A DNA stretch of 36,868 nucleotides from a virus. The stretch lies in IMG/VR virus record IMGVR_UViG_3300045988_062603, one strand, 5' to 3'. Shown here piece by piece: positions 1 through 9,041 of this stretch. How positions within the stretch are numbered: the first letter of the stretch is position 1; every line of letters starts with the position of its first letter. The translations under genes were made by a program, and so were the position numbers. The notes beneath the pieces are model-generated. The model ran no database searches. It was given only the letters and a program-made list of their open reading frames with translations, and had not been told where the DNA came from.

Positions 1-55
1 CCTACGACGACGCCGTGGACGTGGACATCAAATATACGAAGTCCCAGTTCGAAGC
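1..55. repeat. Terminal direct repeat, left copy; identical to 36814-36868. Likely the assembly overlap of a circular or circularly permuted genome.
   Basis: The first 55 nt (cctacgacgacgccgtggacgtggacatcaaatatacgaagtcccagttcgaagc) recur exactly as the last 55 nt. The repeat lies inside one continuous reading frame (tail sheath). Confidence 0.95.
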
Positions 56-455
56 GGCGATCCAGGCCGGCGAGTTCGTTTTCTATGCCGACTACGGGAC
101 CGCCCGTGTCCTGACCGACATTAACAGCCTGACCGACTTCGGCGGCGGCATGACCGAAGACTGGACTTCGAACCGCGTGATCCGCGTCCTGGACGGCTGG
201 GCGAACGACGTCGCCCGGATTTTCGGTGATTCCTACATCGGGAAAGTCACCAACAGCGACACCGGCCGCCAGCTTTTCAAGGCCGACCTTGTGTCCCTGG
301 CCTTGCAGTATCAGGACATCGACGCGATCAGTGACTTCGTGTCCGAGGACATCACGATCGCCCAGGGCGTCGGGAAACGGGACGTCGCCGTCGATTCCGC
401 CCTGAAACCGAACGACAGCATGGAAAAGCTGTATATGACGGTCGTCGTCAACTAA
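1..455 (+). CDS. Phage tail sheath protein, C-terminal part; continues the ORF that opens at 35934 across the circular junction
   Basis: The frame from ATG 35934 reads ...AYDDAVDVDIKYTKSQFEA through the overlap and continues in the frame of ORF 15..455. Stop TAA at 453-455. The tail tube gene follows, as in PBSX/skin-type tails. Confidence 0.85.
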   Translation, partial: YDDAVDVDIKYTKSQFEAAIQAGEFVFYADYGTARVLTDINSLTDFGGGMTEDWTSNRVIRVLDGWANDVARIFGDSYIGKVTNSDTGRQLFKADLVSLALQYQDIDAISDFVSEDITIAQGVGKRDVAVDSALKPNDSMEKLYMTVVVN

Positions 456-475
456 CGGAAGGAGTGTGAACCGAA

Positions 476-934
476 ATGAAAACCCTGAACGCGCCTGATA
501 CCATTTCCGGCAAGGAAGGCCGCGCGTATGCGAAGATCGACGGGAACAATGAAGACCTGTTCTTCGCGAAGACCATCGAATCCACCGTCGAGAAGTCGAA
601 GTCGGAAGTGAAGGCGATCGGGAAACGCATGACCGGCCACAAGACCACCGGCGGCAACGGAACCGGGTCCATGACCCTTTACTACATGACCCCCCTGTTC
701 CGCCAGATGATCAAACAGTGGAAGGAAACCGGCCAGGACATTTACTTCGATATGGTGATCGAGAACGACGACCAGGAGTCTTCCGCCGGGAAGCAGTCTG
801 TCCTTCTGATCGACTGCAACCTGGATTCCGTCGTCCTGGGAAAGCTGGACGGCGACAGCGACGACCCCCTGGACGAAGACGTCGACTTCACCTTCGAGGA
901 CTTCGACATTCTGACCCCCTTCACCCAGTTCTGA
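476..934 (+). CDS. Tail tube protein (XkdM-like)
   Basis: 152-aa ORF directly after the sheath gene, with RBS ggaaggag upstream. Position and size are typical of contractile-tail tube proteins. Confidence 0.8.
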   Translation: MKTLNAPDTISGKEGRAYAKIDGNNEDLFFAKTIESTVEKSKSEVKAIGKRMTGHKTTGGNGTGSMTLYYMTPLFRQMIKQWKETGQDIYFDMVIENDDQESSAGKQSVLLIDCNLDSVVLGKLDGDSDDPLDEDVDFTFEDFDILTPFTQF

Positions 935-957
935 TTCTGAAAGCGAGGTAAAAAACA

Positions 958-1362
958 ATGGGTAAACTGCAAGACTTCCTTATGGAAGCCCAGATCGGCA
1001 CGACCCAGACGGAAGTCCAGATCGCGCCCTTCCCCTATCCCTTCATCGTGAAGTCGATCACCGAAGCAGAGAACAAGGCGATCCGGAAGACCTGTCAGAA
1101 GATCGAGTTCGACAAGAAGACCCGCCAGAAGCGGATCGACACCGACACCGACCTTTACAACGCCCGCCTGGTGGTCGCCTGTTGCGTCGAACCCAACTTC
1201 AAGGACGCCGCCCTTCAAGAGAAATACGGCGTTCGCGGAGCCGAAGACCTGATCAACCTGATCCTGAACCCCGGCCAGTACACCGATCTTCTTCTGGCTG
1301 TCCAGGAGATCAACGGCTTCACCGACGACGTGAACGATCTGAGGGACGAAGCAAAAAACTAA
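958..1362 (+). CDS. Tail assembly chaperone (XkdN / gpG-like), short product
   Basis: 134-aa ORF between the tube and tape measure genes. It ends in GCA AAA AAC TAA, which contains a slippery heptamer. Confidence 0.75.
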   Translation: MGKLQDFLMEAQIGTTQTEVQIAPFPYPFIVKSITEAENKAIRKTCQKIEFDKKTRQKRIDTDTDLYNARLVVACCVEPNFKDAALQEKYGVRGAEDLINLILNPGQYTDLLLAVQEINGFTDDVNDLRDEAKN

Positions 1363-1571
1363 TCACGGGGGGCGGTAATGAGGCGGACGCCGACGGCGAA
1401 GCGGTTTACGCCCATTACGCTCTCCACCGGCTGAAAATCCTTCCCGGCGCGCTTCTGGCCCTTCCCAGGCGGGAACGGGCCTTTATCTATGCTTCCATTG
1501 ACCTTCAAATAGAGAAGGAAAAGAAGGAAGCGGCGAAGGCGAAGCGCCGGAAGGGCAAGAAAGGAAGGTGA
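958..1571 (+). CDS. Tail assembly chaperone, -1 frameshift-extended product (gpGT-like)
   Basis: The heptamer A AAA AAC at 1353-1359 permits a -1 slip into the frame of ORF 1182..1571 (...KKLITGGGNEADADG...KGKKGR). That frame stops 5 nt before the tape measure start. Confidence 0.6.
1353..1359 (+). promoter_or_regulatory. Programmed -1 ribosomal frameshift slippery site (AAAAAAC)
   Basis: X XXY YYZ heptamer immediately before the chaperone stop codon. An overlapping -1 ORF is open for about 70 further codons. Confidence 0.6.
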
Positions 1572-1575
1572 CGAC

Positions 1576-3408
1576 GTGGCCGGCGTATCTACACAGTTTT
1601 CGATCCAGGACCGCATGACGTCCCGCCTGAACACCATGACCAGCGCGGCCGAACGTCTGAACCGTTCCCTGGACACCACGGACGCCCTGTCCGACACCAT
1701 CGACCCCGGCGCACCCTTCGAGCGGAGCGCCGGCGACATCGGAGCGGCCGGCCGCCAGGTCGACAACTTCAACAACAAACAGGAACAGGCGGAGCGCGGC
1801 GCGAAGAAGGTGAAGTCGGTCTGGTCGAGCCTGGTCGGCGTCATTAAGTCCGCGATCGCGGCGTTCAGCGTTAAACAGGTGATCGAACTGGCCGACAGCA
1901 TGACCACCACCCGCGCCCGCCTGGACCTGATGAATGACGGCTTGCAGACCACGGCGGAACTTCAAGATATGATCATGGAGTCCGCCAACAGGTCCCGCGC
2001 GTCCTACCAGACCACGGCCGACGCCGTCGCGAAAATGGGCGTAATGGCCGGCGACGCCTTTTCCAGCAACGAAGAACTGATCATGTTTTCCGAACTGATC
2101 AACAAACAGTTCGCGATCGCCGGCACGTCGGCCGCCGGTATCGACGCGGCCATGTTGCAACTGACACAGGCCATGTCGTCCGGCGTCCTTCGCGGCGAGG
2201 AATTGAACAGTATCTTCGAACAGGCCCCGACCATCATTCAGACGATCGCCGACTACCTGGGGGTCCCGATCGGGAAAATCCGGGAAATGGCCGCCGAAGG
2301 CCAGATCACTTCGGAGATCGTCAAAAATGCCATGCTTGCGTCGGCTGACGAAATCAACGCGCGGTTCGACTCCATGCCTATGACCTTCGCCCAGGCGTGG
2401 ACGATCGCGAAGAACGCGATCCTGGAAGTCCTGACGCCCGTCCTGACCCTGATCGGCCAGGGCGCACAATGGATTTATGATAACTGGTCCATGGTCGCCC
2501 CGGTCTTCTGGGGCGTGGCGGCGGCGGCCCTGGGCTACGCCGTGGCCCTGGGAATCCAGACGGCCGCGACATGGATCGCCAACGGAGCCGCGAAGGCGTT
2601 CTTCACGACCCTTCTGACGAACCCCCTGTTCTGGATCGCGATCGCGATCGGCGTCGTTGTGGCGGCGATTTACCAGTGGGTCCAGTCCGTCGGCGGCCTG
2701 AAAGTCGCCTGGCTGACCTGCGTTTACTTCGTCATGGATTTGTGGAACCGTCTGCAACTGGCATTTTACACGGCCGGCGTGAACATTCAGAACTTCATGG
2801 GCGATATGAAGGTCGGCGTCCTGATGATCCTTCAAAACATGGTCAACGGGGCGATCGACATCATAAACGGCTTCATCGGAGTTCTGAACAAAATCCCCGG
2901 CGTCAGTATCGACGCGATCGAGAAGGTCACGTTCGGAACGACCGCACAACTGGAAAACGACGCCGCAAAACAGGCCAGAGCCGCAGACCTGGCCGCCTAC
3001 CAGGACCAGATCAATTCCCAGATCGCGGAGCGGGACGCCGCCCTGGACGCTATGAAGGCCGAAGCGAACGCCGCGAAGGCCGAAGCGGCCGCCGCGAATG
3101 GCGAATCCGGAAGCACCGAACCGGACTGGTCCGCCTACGCCAACAGCGACCCCGGCGACATCGGGAACGTGGACCGCGTCGGGTCCGTCGGGTCTATTGA
3201 CGAAGACGTGAATATCGCCGAAGAAGACTTGAAGTTCCTTCGGGACGTGGCCGAAATGCGCTATGTCCAGAACTTCGTGACCTTGACCCCGACCGTGGCC
3301 GTGGACGCGAAGATCAGCGAGAAAGTGGACGTTGACGAAGTGGTCAACCGGATCGAAACCCGCCTGGAAACCGAGTTCGAAGCGGCCGCCGAGGGGGTAT
3401 ATGCCTAA
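1576..3408 (+). CDS. Tail tape measure protein
   Basis: 610 aa with a GTG start. Contains the tape-measure core motif region (AMLQLTQAMSSGVLRGEELNSIFEQAP), a central hydrophobic segment and an Ala/Glu-rich coiled coil. Canonical position after the chaperone. Confidence 0.9.
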   Translation: MAGVSTQFSIQDRMTSRLNTMTSAAERLNRSLDTTDALSDTIDPGAPFERSAGDIGAAGRQVDNFNNKQEQAERGAKKVKSVWSSLVGVIKSAIAAFSVKQVIELADSMTTTRARLDLMNDGLQTTAELQDMIMESANRSRASYQTTADAVAKMGVMAGDAFSSNEELIMFSELINKQFAIAGTSAAGIDAAMLQLTQAMSSGVLRGEELNSIFEQAPTIIQTIADYLGVPIGKIREMAAEGQITSEIVKNAMLASADEINARFDSMPMTFAQAWTIAKNAILEVLTPVLTLIGQGAQWIYDNWSMVAPVFWGVAAAALGYAVALGIQTAATWIANGAAKAFFTTLLTNPLFWIAIAIGVVVAAIYQWVQSVGGLKVAWLTCVYFVMDLWNRLQLAFYTAGVNIQNFMGDMKVGVLMILQNMVNGAIDIINGFIGVLNKIPGVSIDAIEKVTFGTTAQLENDAAKQARAADLAAYQDQINSQIAERDAALDAMKAEANAAKAEAAAANGESGSTEPDWSAYANSDPGDIGNVDRVGSVGSIDEDVNIAEEDLKFLRDVAEMRYVQNFVTLTPTVAVDAKISEKVDVDEVVNRIETRLETEFEAAAEGVYA

Positions 3409-4067
3409 TGAGCAACTACGGAATGACACTGATTGCGGGGGGACGGGAAATCGACATTCCCGTCCTTCCCGAAAAACTGAAAGTCACTTCGCCGGGAAAC
3501 AACGACACCGCGACCGTCCTTGTCCTGGGCGACATTCTGATCCTTCGGAAGAAGGGGCTTCGGACTATCGCCTGGGACAGCTTTTTCCCGGCCCATAGCG
3601 CGCCCTATGTCACGGGAAGGGTCCGGGACCCCGTCGAGATCGTCCAGGCCATCCAGGCCGCGCGGGACGGCCTTGACCCGGTCCGGTTCCTGATCACCGG
3701 AACAGACCTGGACATCAACGTCCGAATGGGCGTGGAAACCTTCGACTACGAGGAACGCGCCGGCGAACTGGGCGACTTCTACTATTCGATCAAGCTGTCG
3801 GAGTGGAAGGACTATTCGCCCCGCCGGATCGCGCTTCCGGCGGAGCCGGAACAGCCGGCCCAGGCGAAGGAACCGGAACGGACCGGGGAGCCGGAAGCCG
3901 CGAAGGCAAAGACGTACACCGTGAAGGCCGGTGACTGTCTGTGGAATATCGCGAAACAGCTTTACGGCAAGGGGAGCGACTACACCAAAATCTACAACGC
4001 CAACAAGGGGACGATCGGGTCGAACCCAAACCTGATTTACCCCGGACAGGTCTTCACGATCCCGTGA
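3408..4067 (+). CDS. LysM-domain tail protein (XkdP-like)
   Basis: C-terminal LysM motif YTVKAGDCLWNIAKQLYGKGSDYTKIYNANKGTIGSNPNLIYPGQVFTIP. Its start overlaps the tape measure stop. Confidence 0.8.
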   Translation: MSNYGMTLIAGGREIDIPVLPEKLKVTSPGNNDTATVLVLGDILILRKKGLRTIAWDSFFPAHSAPYVTGRVRDPVEIVQAIQAARDGLDPVRFLITGTDLDINVRMGVETFDYEERAGELGDFYYSIKLSEWKDYSPRRIALPAEPEQPAQAKEPERTGEPEAAKAKTYTVKAGDCLWNIAKQLYGKGSDYTKIYNANKGTIGSNPNLIYPGQVFTIP

Positions 4068-5017
4068 TCGCGATCCTGTACCAGAACAACGTGACCGGCG
4101 ACGCCTTCGACGTGACTTCACTGTGCGCCGGCGCGAAGTGGTCGACGAAACGGTCCGGTTCCCCCGCTTCCCTGGAACTGACCATGATCGCCGACGACGC
4201 CGTGGTCTGGACCCACGGCGGGATCGTCGCCTTGAAGGACGACGACACCGGGATTTTTTATGGCTATGTGGTGAAGATCGGCCAGGACGAAACCGACCAG
4301 GTCACGATCACCGCATACGACCAAACCTGGTATTTGAAGAAGAACAAGGACACCTATGTCTTCACCGGCAAGAGGGCCGACGAAATCCTGACCCAGATCG
4401 CGGCGGACTTCGGCCTGAAATGCGGGGAACTGGAAAACACCGGCTACGCGATCCCGTCCATGATCGAAGACGGCCAGACCCTTTTCGACATCGTCTTGAA
4501 GGCCCTGGACTATACCCTGATCAACACCGGGAAAATGTTCGTCCTGTGGGACGACTTCGGGTCCCTTCGGATCACCGACGTCGAGAAGTCGAAGCTGGAC
4601 CTGTTCGTGGGCGATTCCAGCCTTGCGACCGGCTACACCTACGAAACCGACATAGATTCCGAAACCTACAACAAGATCAAACTGGTCCGGGATAATAAGG
4701 AAACCGGCAAACGCGACGTTTACATCTTCCAGGACTCCAACAATATCACCTTCTGGGGGACCTTGCAGGACTACGAGTCCGTCGACGAAGACATGAACGA
4801 AGCGCAGATCAAGGAACGCGGCGGTCAAATGCTGGAACTTTACAACCGGCCGACGAAGTCCTTCGAAGTGAAGGCCCTTCTGGACCTGTCCGTCCGCGCC
4901 GGCCGCGCCCTGTATATCGGAATTGAGAAGGTCGGCGTCAGCGCCTTCTTCATCGTCGAAGAAGCAAGCGCCGATCTTCTGAAAGAAGAAATGTCCCTGA
5001 AATTGAAGGTGGTGTGA
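4064..5017 (+). CDS. Baseplate hub / late-control-D-like protein (XkdQ-like)
   Basis: GTG at 4064 overlaps the upstream stop (GTGA). The tracked ORF 3941..5017 has an Arg-rich N-extension lying inside the LysM gene, so the shorter start is preferred. Position matches PBSX xkdQ. Confidence 0.65.
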   Translation: MIAILYQNNVTGDAFDVTSLCAGAKWSTKRSGSPASLELTMIADDAVVWTHGGIVALKDDDTGIFYGYVVKIGQDETDQVTITAYDQTWYLKKNKDTYVFTGKRADEILTQIAADFGLKCGELENTGYAIPSMIEDGQTLFDIVLKALDYTLINTGKMFVLWDDFGSLRITDVEKSKLDLFVGDSSLATGYTYETDIDSETYNKIKLVRDNKETGKRDVYIFQDSNNITFWGTLQDYESVDEDMNEAQIKERGGQMLELYNRPTKSFEVKALLDLSVRAGRALYIGIEKVGVSAFFIVEEASADLLKEEMSLKLKVV

Positions 5018-5018
5018 T

Positions 5019-5423
5019 ATGGCACTTCTGGAAACCATGAAAAAGGTCGCCAAACAGTCGCAGGACGCGGCCGTTCCGGCGGCCTTCCTTTTTGGAAACG
5101 TGACCGCGACGTCCCCCCTGACGATCCGGGTCGACAACCGCTTCGACATCACCGGCGAAGCGATCGTCGTAATGAAGCAGTTCCGCGCCGGCTACTACCC
5201 GACCCACCAGCATAGCGGATTTAAGAACGCCCCGACCACGGAGCCGAAGGCCGGCGGCGCTGGCGACGCCGCCTTCGCGTCCCACGACCACACACTGAAA
5301 AACGACTACCTGACCAACACCGACGACACGTCCGAATATTATTACGGCCTGGCCGTCGGCGACAAGGTGGTCCTGTTGCGTAACCAGGGCGGACAGTCGT
5401 TCCTGGTCCTGGGAAGGGTGTGA
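5019..5423 (+). CDS. Baseplate spike / DUF2577-like protein (XkdR-like)
   Basis: 134 aa. The N-terminus (FLFGNVTATSPLTIRVDNRFDITGEAIVV) resembles the XkdR/DUF2577 family, and synteny agrees. Confidence 0.6.
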   Translation: MALLETMKKVAKQSQDAAVPAAFLFGNVTATSPLTIRVDNRFDITGEAIVVMKQFRAGYYPTHQHSGFKNAPTTEPKAGGAGDAAFASHDHTLKNDYLTNTDDTSEYYYGLAVGDKVVLLRNQGGQSFLVLGRV

Positions 5424-5427
5424 TCCT

Positions 5428-5856
5428 ATGGCCTTGATTCCGACCCCTTCTGTGGTCACGATCGGCCAGACCGTGACGGTCACGCCGGCGGCCGAACAGC
5501 CGACCAAAACCTACAAGGTGGACTTCGACACCGGCCGCGTCGCTGGCTACGTCGACGAAACCGAAGCTATGAAGCAAGCGATCCTCAAAATCCTGTCGAC
5601 AGAACGGTTCCTGTACCTGATTTATTCCTGGAACTATGGAATCGAACTGAACGCGGTCGTCGGGAAAAGTTATCCGGTGTTTTCAAGTGAAATCAAGCGT
5701 GTAATCACGGAAGCACTTCTGGCGGACAGCCGGATCACCGACGTCACCGACTTCCAGGTCGAGCAGATCGACAAGCGGACCGCCCGCGTCAGCTTCACGG
5801 CGGAAACGATCTTCGGGGAAATCCCCGTTGAAAGGACGGTGACAACCAATGTATGA
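5428..5856 (+). CDS. Baseplate wedge protein, gp25/W-like (XkdS / DUF2634-like)
   Basis: 142 aa. Size and position immediately upstream of the baseplate J-like gene. Confidence 0.6.
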   Translation: MALIPTPSVVTIGQTVTVTPAAEQPTKTYKVDFDTGRVAGYVDETEAMKQAILKILSTERFLYLIYSWNYGIELNAVVGKSYPVFSSEIKRVITEALLADSRITDVTDFQVEQIDKRTARVSFTAETIFGEIPVERTVTTNV

Positions 5857-6928
5857 GAACATGACCTTCGAAAACATCATGGACCGCTGTCTTTCCCGCG
5901 TGTCCGCTTCCGTGGACAAGCGGGAAGGGTCCATCGTCTACGACGCGATCGCGCCGGCGGCGGCGGAACTGGCGATCATGTATATCGAATTAGCCTACCT
6001 TCTGGACCGGGCCTTCCCGGACACCGAAACCGGGGACGACCTGACGAAGAAGTGTCGGGAACGAAGCGTCTTCCGGACGGCCGCAACCTATGCGGTCCGG
6101 AAAGGCTACTTTGAGAAGGCGGACGGGTCCGGCTGTGACCTGGAAATCGGGACCCGGTTTTCTGGCGGCGACATCAACTTCGTCGTGACGGAGCGGATCG
6201 CCGCCGGCCAGTACAGCATGACGGCAGAAACGGCCGGGGTCGTGGGGAATGAGTATGTCGGAACCCTATTCCCGATCGACTACGTCCCGGACCTGGCGGC
6301 CGCGCGCCTGGCGGACATTCTGATCCCCGGCGAAGATGAAGAAAGCGACGACGCCCTTCGCGCCCGCTACTTCGAGTCCCTGGAATCCCAGGCGTTCGGC
6401 GGGAATATCGCGGACTACAAGAACAAGGTCGAACTTCTTCCCGGCGTGGGAGCCGTGAAGGTCTTCCCCGTGTGGAACGGCGGCGGGACCGTGAAGATCG
6501 TCCTGGTGGACAGTGAATGGTCCGTCCCGTCGTCCGAACTGGTCGAGGAAGTCCAGGAAGCGATCGACCCCGTGGGGACCCAGGGGACCGGCGTCGGTCT
6601 GGCCCCGATCGGCCACGTCGTCACAGTCGCCGGCGTCACCGGGACGACGATCGACGTGTCCTTCACGCTGACCTTTTCCGGGTCCGCGTCCTGGACCACC
6701 ACGCAGGAAGCAGTAAAGGCCGCGATCCAGTCCTACTTCGACGACCTGACCCGGACCTGGGCGGACAGCGAAAATCTGATCGTCCGCGTCAGTCAGATCG
6801 AAACGAAGGTCCTGAACGTGGACGGGATCATCGACATCACGGGGACGACGATCAACCAGGGGACCGCGAATATTTCCCTGGACGCCGACGAAATCCCCGT
6901 CCTGGGGGCGGTGACGAATGGAACTTAA
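5849..6928 (+). CDS. Baseplate J-like protein (XkdT-like)
   Basis: 359 aa. The N-terminal region (RVSASVDKREGSIVYDAIAPAAAELA) is typical of the baseplate J family, and synteny agrees. Confidence 0.8.
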   Translation: MYENMTFENIMDRCLSRVSASVDKREGSIVYDAIAPAAAELAIMYIELAYLLDRAFPDTETGDDLTKKCRERSVFRTAATYAVRKGYFEKADGSGCDLEIGTRFSGGDINFVVTERIAAGQYSMTAETAGVVGNEYVGTLFPIDYVPDLAAARLADILIPGEDEESDDALRARYFESLESQAFGGNIADYKNKVELLPGVGAVKVFPVWNGGGTVKIVLVDSEWSVPSSELVEEVQEAIDPVGTQGTGVGLAPIGHVVTVAGVTGTTIDVSFTLTFSGSASWTTTQEAVKAAIQSYFDDLTRTWADSENLIVRVSQIETKVLNVDGIIDITGTTINQGTANISLDADEIPVLGAVTNGT

Positions 6929-7466
6929 AGAATACTGGCCGCGCTACCTTCAAGACCTGATCGAGTTCGACCAGATCGCCGGAGCCGAACAGCCTGAATT
7001 TACACAGGCCGTCCAGGACGTCCAGGGCGCGCCAGACGACTTCTTCCTGGTCAGCCTGTCCGAATATGGCTGTGGACGCTGGGAAGCGATTCTGGGGCTT
7101 GTGGCGGCCCCTGGGGACACCCTGGAAGCGCGCCGCGAAAGAATCCTGATCGCGTACCTGGACCAGCTTCCCTACACATACAGGGCGCTTTTGAAGTATC
7201 TGTCCACGGTCAGCGACGACTTCCAGGTCGTCCTGAACAATGACGCCTATGAACTGTTCATTCGAATCCGCCTGTCCGGACTCACACAGCGGGACGCCCT
7301 GGCGGCGACCCTGGGACAGATGATCCCGGCGAACCTGGTCCTGTTGCTTCAAACGGCGATCCCCCAGGTCGTCCAGAGTCCGCCGACGGTCGTCGGGGCC
7401 GCTATGGTCAATATGATCCGACATGAACACATTCCACAAGGGGGAAACCAAAATGGCACGATTTAA
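6918..7466 (+). CDS. Tail protein, DUF2313 / XkdU-like
   Basis: 182 aa. Overlaps the end of the J-like gene. Canonical slot after baseplate J. Confidence 0.6.
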   Translation: MELKEYWPRYLQDLIEFDQIAGAEQPEFTQAVQDVQGAPDDFFLVSLSEYGCGRWEAILGLVAAPGDTLEARRERILIAYLDQLPYTYRALLKYLSTVSDDFQVVLNNDAYELFIRIRLSGLTQRDALAATLGQMIPANLVLLLQTAIPQVVQSPPTVVGAAMVNMIRHEHIPQGGNQNGTI

Positions 7467-8217
7467 GTCAACGATCACCGACAAGGGCGCGGAAGTCCTG
7501 ACCGCCTTCCTGGCGGCCGGGAAACAGCTTGTCCTGACCAGCGCGGCCGCCGGCGACGGCGTGGCCCAGGTCAGCCCGAACACGCTGACAGCCCTTGTCA
7601 ATCCGATCAATGTGAACACCCAGATCGGCGAAAAGACTTTCGTCGAAAGCAACCCTTCCTATATGCGAATCCCCGTCCAGGTGACGAACGCCGGCCTGGA
7701 AGCGGCCGTATATGTCAGAGAGGTCGCGGTCTACGCCCTGGACGAAAACGAATCGCCCTTCATGTTCAGTTATTCCTGGCTGGACGGCGAAGACAGCGAC
7801 AACATTCTTCCGCCCTGTTCCTTCCAGACCGAAGAAGGTCTGGCCGGCGAGGGCGACACGGTCCACGTCCACGACGTCGCCGTGGTCGTCACGAACCAGG
7901 AAAACAGCGGAATCACCGTGAACGTGGGAAGCGGGTCCTATGTGACCACGGCGCAAATGGTCGCCTATGCGGCCCCGATCGTCCACGGCCACGACGCTTC
8001 CCAGATCGAGGAAACAACCGGCGAAACCGTGGAAGCCGCACAGCGCCGCCAGGACTTCGACATTTCCGCGATCCAGGAACAGCTTGACACCGGCTTCACC
8101 GGGACCACCGTGACCCACACCTTCGCCCCCGCGCAGATCGACCAGTGGAAAGGATATGACGGGACCGGGCTTCCGGAAGGGATTCTGGACACCGTCGATA
8201 ACCGGCTGTATCTGTGA
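7453..8217 (+). CDS. Tail fibre / tail-collar fibre protein
   Basis: ATG 7453 (MARFKSTITDKGAEVLTAFLAAGKQLVLTSAAAGDG) resembles the phage tail-collar fibre N-terminus. The ORF track start at 7423 is less likely. Confidence 0.65.
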   Translation: MARFKSTITDKGAEVLTAFLAAGKQLVLTSAAAGDGVAQVSPNTLTALVNPINVNTQIGEKTFVESNPSYMRIPVQVTNAGLEAAVYVREVAVYALDENESPFMFSYSWLDGEDSDNILPPCSFQTEEGLAGEGDTVHVHDVAVVVTNQENSGITVNVGSGSYVTTAQMVAYAAPIVHGHDASQIEETTGETVEAAQRRQDFDISAIQEQLDTGFTGTTVTHTFAPAQIDQWKGYDGTGLPEGILDTVDNRLYL

Positions 8218-8477
8218 CCCGCTTTGCCTGTACGCCGGCGGAAACGTCTTGCCTATTATCCAACCTGTTCACCGAACTTCGGCCCGTGTGCGGCCGCTGT
8301 GGGGGCGACGCCGTCGTCCTGTGCGGCCTGACCTACGAAGGCGAAGAACGGGCCGTCGTCCTTCGGGACTATGGCTTCGACTATTCCGGCCGGCGCGAAA
8401 CGGTCGAGAGAATCAGGAAACGAAGGTGTATCAATGGGAACCCGGCAAAACTACCAGAGGAATCAGCGGAAGACTGA
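8214..8477 (+). CDS. Hypothetical small Cys-rich protein
   Basis: 87-aa ORF with a GTG start overlapping the fibre stop. Codon usage looks coding-like. Overlaps the avd start by 44 nt. No recognisable family. Confidence 0.35.
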   Translation: MTRFACTPAETSCLLSNLFTELRPVCGRCGGDAVVLCGLTYEGEERAVVLRDYGFDYSGRRETVERIRKRRCINGNPAKLPEESAED

Positions 8478-8919
8478 CGGGGCGGAAAATCCCCTTCACG
8501 TTCTGCCCGTCGCTTCGAATCTGATCGACTACACCCTGAACCTGACCGACAACACGAAGCACTTCCCGAAGAAGGTCCGCTTCACACTGGTCAACCGGAT
8601 TCAGGATCACGTCCTGTCGATCTATGAAAAACTTCTGGCCGCGAATGAAATCTATCCGATCCGGAGCGCAGAAGACAAGGCCCGCCGGCTGACCCTTCAA
8701 CGGGACGCCCTGACGGCCTGTAAAATGCTTCTGTTCTTCATCGAACTTTCGAAGAAGCGCGGCTATATCGACAAGGGGACCTTCGAATACTGGACGAAGA
8801 TCACCCTTGACGTTAAGTTCATGGCCGCCGCCTGGTATAAGGCAGAGCAAGCGCCCGCCGAGAAGGCCGAAAAGGCCGGACCGGAAGGCGCGGAGCCGCC
8901 CGCCCAGGCGGAAGGTTAA
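8434..8919 (+). CDS. avd: DGR accessory variability determinant (four-helix-bundle protein)
   Basis: ATG 8434 is preceded by gaaggtg. A basic N-terminus is followed by a helical pattern (HFPKKVRFTLVNRIQDHVLSIYEKLLAANE...LLFFIELSKKRGYI) typical of Avd / S23-like four-helix bundles. It ends 22 nt upstream of the TR. Confidence 0.8.
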   Translation: MGTRQNYQRNQRKTDGAENPLHVLPVASNLIDYTLNLTDNTKHFPKKVRFTLVNRIQDHVLSIYEKLLAANEIYPIRSAEDKARRLTLQRDALTACKMLLFFIELSKKRGYIDKGTFEYWTKITLDVKFMAAAWYKAEQAPAEKAEKAGPEGAEPPAQAEG

Positions 8920-8940
8920 TGATATTAGGGTATGATCTGT

Positions 8941-9041
8941 AACCCCGAACGCCGGCAACGCGAACAACGTCCGCAACGTCAATTCCGACGGCAACCTGAA
9001 CAACAACAACGCCTGGAATGGCAACAACGGCGTTCGCCCGG
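8941..9041 (+). repeat. DGR template repeat (TR), non-coding and rich in AAC/AAT codon-equivalents
   Basis: 101-nt match to 10914-11014 and to 23428-23528. Every mismatch falls on a TR adenine. Read in the VR frame, it gives TPNAGNANNVRNVNSDGNLNNNNAWNGNNGVRP. Confidence 0.95.

Noticed and set aside
1-55. The 55-nt terminal repeat as a biological DTR or cos site
   Set aside because: It falls in the middle of the sheath coding sequence, and its length equals a common assembler k-mer. An assembly overlap of a circular or permuted genome is the simpler explanation.
1182-1571. ORF 1182..1571 as an independent gene
   Set aside because: Its first ~57 codons overlap the chaperone gene in another frame and are Arg/Pro-rich. 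Only the part after the AAAAAAC slip site is meaningful, so it is interpreted as the -1 frameshift extension.
1483-3429. 648-aa minus-strand ORF antisense to the tape measure gene
   Set aside because: This is a shadow ORF typical of GC-rich DNA with strong GC3 bias. Its translation is Arg/Gly/Pro/Asp-rich low complexity with no RBS, and it fully overlaps a well-supported + strand gene.
3941-4063. N-terminal extension of the XkdQ-like ORF in the track (start 3941); similar upstream extensions exist for ORFs tracked at 19816, 21524, 25375, 26059, 12188 and 7423
   Set aside because: The extensions lie inside the preceding genes, are Arg-rich and lack an RBS. Internal starts with good RBSs or stop-start overlaps were preferred.
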